Shown one piece after another: positions 58,061 to 64,000 of a stretch of DNA of 64,000 nt. The DNA lies in NCBI GenBank assembly GCA_964016885.1, contig OZ024741.1:38192001-38256000 (forward strand), read 5' to 3'. Every line of letters starts with the position of its first letter. Within the stretch, counting starts at the first letter, position 1. The translations under genes were made by a program, and so were the position numbers. The notes beneath the pieces are model-generated. The model saw only the letters and a program-made list of their open reading frames with translations, did no database searches and had not been told where the DNA came from. Source of the stretch: Eledone cirrhosa. Taxonomy: Eukaryota.

Positions 58061-58373
58061 GTTGCAGCGAAAGAAAAAGAAGGCAATACTTGGCTTTGGC
58101 CAGCTTTGCTCATGCAACACACGTAGAAGATGTTTAGATCGAATGATAATCTGTGATGGAAACCTTTTGTACTGAACCAATCCCACTCTCTGAACAACGG
58201 TGACAGGTATCCCAATAGAAGGACAGGTCGAGTTCAATGGCTACCACCGAGTCGCAGATTTTATATCAGAATTTTACTTCTTCTAGAATGATCTCCTAAC
58301 AAGGACTAGATGTTTCTCACTTCCGGTGGGCTAACCACGTGCTCGGACACCAAACTGAGTATTTCCATATCCC

Positions 58374-58484
<111 letters not shown>

Positions 58485-59378
58485 TTACACACACAGACAT
58501 CTACACACTATTGTGTGTGTGTGACAGCTCACACCTATGCAGGTTTAGTTGGCTTCCTCCAAGGTATATCTCGTTTGAGGTGTCTTGGGTAATTTAATGA
58601 TAGGGACCACAGTCCTATCATCTCATTTCTACAGGTGAGTAAACTGGAGCAACGTGAAATAAAGTGTCTTGCTCAAGGAAACAACACATCACCCGGTCAG
58701 AGAATTGAACTCACAACCTTTCGATTGCAAGCCCTATGCTCTAACCACTAAACCATGTGCCTTCACTATTGGGTGGCCGGTGACACTTCTGAGTTCCACC
58801 GCCCTTCAACAGATTTTATTTTTCAGTTCAAAAATCCTCCCCTTCTCTATACCAAGGAATGTAAGTATATTTAAGTGAACATTGTTTGTACATGTTTCAA
58901 CAACATCATTACAAATCCGCTTTAACATTGACTAAAACTTGAATCGAAAATAACCCCACCTCTTTGTGAGAGTATCAACGACCAAACACACTTAAATATC
59001 CTCACTTCGCTATATATGTAAAATGCCTATACTATGTGATCCTATGTATACACGTTCACATATAAACAAACATATATGCTATGTGTACGCTTATATATCC
59101 GAGCATACATACATATTTGTGTCTGTGTGTGTATATGTGTGTGCGAGTGTATGTATGTGTGTGTGTAAAACATATTATCACGAGACACCCACTTGGTGAG
59201 CGTCCGGGAAATGTGTGTGCCTTAATATTAAAATTATGCTATAAAATGCAACCAAAATCCCTCAAAATCTTTTAAGAGTTTCTTCCTATTTTCTGTAACT
59301 AAATACCGTCTTGAGATGTCTTATGACAGGTAAATTGAAATGTATACGTTTACTACAGTAGATAAATAGTAGGCAAAT

Positions 59379-59438
<60 letters not shown>

Positions 59439-59625
59439 TTGTTTGACCCGAATTACTTGATCGTTTTTTGTGGGGGGATGTGCGGATGATTGTTTAACCA
59501 TCGCCTCAGTGTGTTTGGCCTTTAACGTTTGTTATAGCTCTGGTTCATCTGAATCATTGAGTACTTGCCGCACATCTCGGAGGTTGTTTTTCGTTATTTC
59601 CTGGGCCGAAATGCGATTCTCGATA

Positions 59626-59709
<84 letters not shown>

Positions 59710-60079
59710 GTGTGTCTGTGTGTATGTGTATCCCTAAGTAGTTGACGACGAGAGAGTACTCAATACCGAAGTAGAGTTTCAACTATTTGGCTTTAATAAA
59801 TTGAATATATATATATATTCATGCACAGGCATTGCACGATAGAATAAATTAATAATTATTAATAATGGTATATCGTGCAATGGCCATACTCGATAACGAG
59901 GAGGCAGCCATCATATATATATATTACATATCATTTTATTTAACAATGATAACAAAGTCAAGTTATTTTACATATCTCATTCATTGTTTCACCATCGTTT
60001 CGAAGTGTTGATTATATCGATTTATTGACTGATCTATAGCAGTTAGAGAACTGTATACTGTCAGACATAATACATATAT

Positions 60080-60266
60080 ATGAAAAATTCAGGACCCCGA
60101 TGGCTGAACTCCGGCCGTTTCAACAGCTCCGAGTACGGATTTAGTTGTTAAAATTGTTGGAACTCTGCCGTCGGGGTCCTGAATTTCTCACACCCACTCT
60201 ACTACCTCAAGTATCGAGTACTCTAGTGAGTAATGGTCTAATTGGTTTTTACCGCCTCCATTCTGA
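60080..60266. mobile_element. Family A fold-back PLE
   Basis: Arms ~60085-60128 / 60144-60187; GAGTACTC at 60216. Confidence 0.75.
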
Positions 60267-60285
60267 TATATATATATATATATTA

Positions 60286-60640
60286 TGGAGGCACATGGCT
60301 TTGTGGTTAGAGCATTGGCCTTGTAATCGAAAGGTTGTGAGTTCAATTCTCACACCGGGTGATGTGTTGTTTCCTTGAGCAAGACACTTTATTTCACATT
60401 GCTCCAGTTTACTCAGCTGTAGAAATGAGATGATAGGGACTGGGGTCCCTATCAATCCACTGTAAAGTGGACGTGTAGGCGCCACGGAAAAAAGCACCCA
60501 GCACTCATTGTAAATGAGGTTGGTGTTAGGAAGGGCATCCAGCTGTAGAAATCATGCCAGAATCAGTTCCCGTCCCACCCTTGCAAGCAGGGAAAATCGG
60601 ACGTAAAATGAAATGATGATGATGATGATGATGATGATGA
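60286..60640 (+). mobile_element. Meta/MESC-like tRNA SINE with RTE-like 3' part and (ATG)n tail
   Basis: Head, ccttgagcaagacac, ggtgttaggaagggcatccagc, ggacgtaaaatga(atg)n. Confidence 0.85.
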
Positions 60641-60642
60641 TA

Positions 60643-60977
60643 TTATAGATAACGATGAATCAGTGATGCATTAAAACACAATTTATTAACATATTACATA
60701 TGTTTCTCCGACGATCAGCTCAAGGCAGGATCTATTATAGATCGAACCGACTCTGCATTCACAATGTCCTCAGATATGTTTATCGTTTTCAAGGCATTTC
60801 TCCCAACTCCTGCCTTGAGCTGATCGTCGGAGAAACATATGTAATATGTTAATAAATTGTGTTTTGATGAATCACTGATTCCTCGTTATCGATAATATAT
60901 ACTCTGCTCCGTGTGAGCATCTAGTACTCAAACGGCATACCACCTACAGACGCATTTATTGCAACCTTACAACCACT
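60643..60977. mobile_element. Family B fold-back PLE with a canonical-core hammerhead (minus strand, 60690-60779)
   Basis: catat-CTGAGGA-...-GAAA-catatg-TA-atatg; arms 60643-60730 / 60808-60897. Confidence 0.75.
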
Positions 60978-61119
60978 ATATATATATATTAGAAAGTGAG
61001 GTTTTTTTTACAAAATGAAAAATAACCGAGGTGTCCTACACGAGTGAAACTATAAGGAAAAAAGATGAAATCGAAAATGCAACTGGAGTCTTATTTTAAA
61101 AAATATATATTTATTTGGT

Positions 61120-61158
61120 TCCTTTACCGGTTTCGCAGTTCTTCTGCTTTTCAAAAAT
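61120..61158 (-). ncRNA. C3U/G8A-variant minimal hammerhead
   Basis: ttt-TTGAAAA-gcag-aagaa-ctgc-GAAA-ccgg-TA-aag. Confidence 0.65.
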
Positions 61159-61437
61159 AGAATTGAGTTGTGGAGGGTTTGTGGTTTTTCTCACACACAC
61201 ATATATATATATTGTTATACTTGGGGAGGGTCATATTGTTATAATATTGCCAGAAATAATAACACTCACTGTTTGGTTTGTGTTGGTTTTCGCTTCTGTA
61301 TCATTTATATCTCCATAGTTAATTTATTTGGCAATCAATGTTTATCATTGATTGACCAACGGTTAAAAATACAGATATAAATATATATATATATAGTCTA
61401 TCAAAGTTCTTTCGACACACATATGCTATATATATAT

Positions 61438-61603
61438 GGGAAAAGAGCCAGGACTCCGACGGGTGAGTTCGGTCTAGCTGTCGAAACGGCTGGAGCTCAG
61501 CCGTCGGGGTTCTGACTCTTTACCTATTACCCACTCTATTACTCTAAGTATCGAGTACTCTGGTGCGTTATGGTCCACCTCGTTTCTCGCCACACTTTCT
61601 TTG

Positions 61604-61605
<2 letters not shown>
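61438..61605 (+). mobile_element. Family A PLE terminus
   Basis: GAAA-cggctg-gagct-cagccg-TC-gggg; GAGTACTC at 61553. Confidence 0.8.
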
Positions 61606-61687
<82 letters not shown>

Positions 61688-62243
61688 ATAATTACCACTG
61701 AAGCACAAAGATCTTTGAAAATTCGAGCTCCATCGATTAAATTCAGTCTGTATATGAGATTCTTCGAACTCTTTCTGACATGTTGCACCTGCCGCTTCCT
61801 GATAGGTTTATCACCGAACATGTAGTGGTGTGGTGTAATCCACTGGGTCACCTAAACACCTCTCTCTAATTACTACGATCTGGAAGGAGTTGGCCATACG
61901 GATGAATGAGCCCTGTGCGTTGAACAGGTTTTTACAGTGCATCTCCCTTGCTATCTTACGGGGTAACACCTTTGTAATCCTGTACGCTGGGTCCATGGTA
62001 GCATCCACCCGAGATTTGCTCTTCAGATAGACTGAATAAGTAAAGGAAATAACGTGACATATTGCCATTGGTTGATTTATACATACATAAACATATATTT
62101 AAACATACATACACACACACACACACAAACATACATACATACACACACACATACATACACACATACATACATACACACATACATACACATATACACACAT
62201 ACATACATAGATACATACACACGTACATACATATATATATACA

Positions 62244-62330
<87 letters not shown>

Positions 62331-62857
62331 ATACATATACACATACATTTTAGCAATGTGAAAAAGATTTCGGATTGTTAAAGGGAGGTTAGCTAGAGGT
62401 CATTTGGGGAAGATATTTAATTGAAAGCGACAGAAAGATACCCTGAAGACATATGTGGGATATATTTAGTAGTGGTCGAATTTAGGTTAAGGACAAATTT
62501 GAATAGGAAGTTATGTATGTTAATACTTAATAAATAAATACTGACAGGCTAGTCATTAACATCATGTGTGCGTGTGTGTGTGTGTGTACGAGTGTGTGTG
62601 TGTATGTGTCTGTGTGTGTGTGCACGTGTGTGCATGTGTGTGTGTGTGTTTTATTAAGTGAGGCATCTGGGTTTAGATGGAACTAGAGAATTTAATGGTT
62701 AATTCTCATATGTAAAACTTATATTTAGTTTAAAAAAGGAGGAGAGTTTAAGGCGAGTATATGGAGGAGGGGGAGGGGCAGCTGCAAATTTTGGAATTTA
62801 TAGAACAGGTGATTAAAATTAGGTTCACCAAACGCATGCGCACACACCCACATGTCA

Positions 62858-63140
62858 CCCTGGTGCAGTCTGCGACTAACCCAGGTTCTGCTGCACGTCT
62901 GGCTGAGGAGGCGAAACTCTTCAAATACCGGTCGCTATCCGACAGGTTTGCGGTTGTACACTTGGCAGTGGTGTCCTTGGTCCTAGGGCTACCTCCCTAC
63001 TCACCACCATAGGTGCTGAGCTGGCCAGCCGCAGGTGTGAGCCTCGTGAGCTGGAATGGCTTTTCCAGTGCGTCTCCCTTGCCGTCCTCCAGGGAAACGC
63101 CTTCTCCATTCTGTCCGCCGGGGCTGTGGGGAGGCCACCG
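62858..63140 (+). mobile_element. CRE-clade LINE 3' end
   Basis: SATNPGSAARLAEEAKLFKYRSLSDRF; homologous to 46925-47210. Confidence 0.78.
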
Positions 63141-63726
63141 ATATGATTGACTGACTTGTCATTTTATCAGTCAGATACTCACTCCTCCACTCTTCACCCT
63201 AATTCTACACGTAGCAGCAGTATCAGTAGTTGCCATAACAACACAACAAAAATTGAAGGCAGGGATATTATCATTTAGTTGTCGAAACCGTCACGATTGA
63301 CTGACGATAGCTGATGAAAGAATCATATTGTGTCTTTTTTTCTTTATTTTTTTGTAGTCCTCTATGCGTAAATTTCTTAATGTCTTGCGCAATACTTTCC
63401 ACATACAAACATACATATATTCATATGTACGTATATGTAATATATACGTACATGTGTATTATATTTTATATTATATTATATTATTGTGCCAAAAGTAGAA
63501 ACAATTATATTATATTATATTATATTATAATATATTATATTATATTATGCCCGAAACGTCGCAACAACACCCCCCACTCTCACCAAGCGTGAATCTAATA
63601 ATATTTGTAACATTACTACTCCGTTTGTTTGTTTTGTTTTTTTTCTTGTTTTCTGATATTCCGAACTATATATATATATATATATATATTTCGAAAATAT
63701 TCTTACTTGATATATATATATATAAT

Positions 63727-63878
63727 AGTAGAACACTGGAGGGTTAGATCCGTAGTAGTAGAGCACTCAGTCCATGGGACGAGTTTGGTAGAAATAGTTC
63801 CACAACAGTCACTTCATGCCGAGATCCGCATAAGGTGAAACATGTTCTCGGTATGGTGAACTAATTGTTGTGGAACTA

Positions 63879-63880
<2 letters not shown>
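63727..63880. mobile_element. Family O fold-back PLE terminus
   Basis: Tail matches 39769-39875; short inverted arm; GAAA-catg-TT palindromic stem III remnant. Confidence 0.65.
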
Positions 63881-63970
<90 letters not shown>

Positions 63971-64000
63971 TTTGTGTGTGTGTGTGTATAGAAGTTAAAC

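Noticed and set aside
61690-62075. Possible CR1-like LINE 3' end on the minus strand
   Set aside because: Only vague residue similarity across broken frames; not enough to call.

Overview
Eukaryotic, AT-rich, microsatellite-saturated DNA with no recognisable host protein-coding gene. The tRNA-derived Nin-domain and Meta-domain SINEs plus the (TA)n/(CA)n/(TATG)n density suggest a coleoid cephalopod such as octopus (inference). Nearly all non-microsatellite sequence is mobile-element derived: Penelope-like elements (PLEs; two Neptune-type, one Hydra-type, one GIY-YIG 3' end), Tx1, R4/Dong, CRE and RTE LINE fragments, a DD34E Tc1 element with IR/DR ends, a hATm-like element, hAT and mariner MITEs, and SINEs. 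The main signal is more than 20 small (60-550 bp), mostly head-to-head fold-back PLE-terminus insertions in (TA)n, from about 10 sequence-unrelated families. They carry minimal hammerhead ribozymes, including U4C, U4A and compensatory C3U/G8A core variants. Most also share a bulged hairpin, RCUC-stem-loop-[1-2 nt bulge]-GAGY-RCUC, usually 35-60 nt from a fixed 3' end. Also notable: a candidate -1 frameshift (T TTT TTA) feeding the RT of a near-intact Neptune element, an intron-like segment inside a hammerhead stem II, and a 1.67 kb inverted duplication around a Hydra-type PLE. All structures were derived by eye, and coordinates of decayed repeats are approximate.
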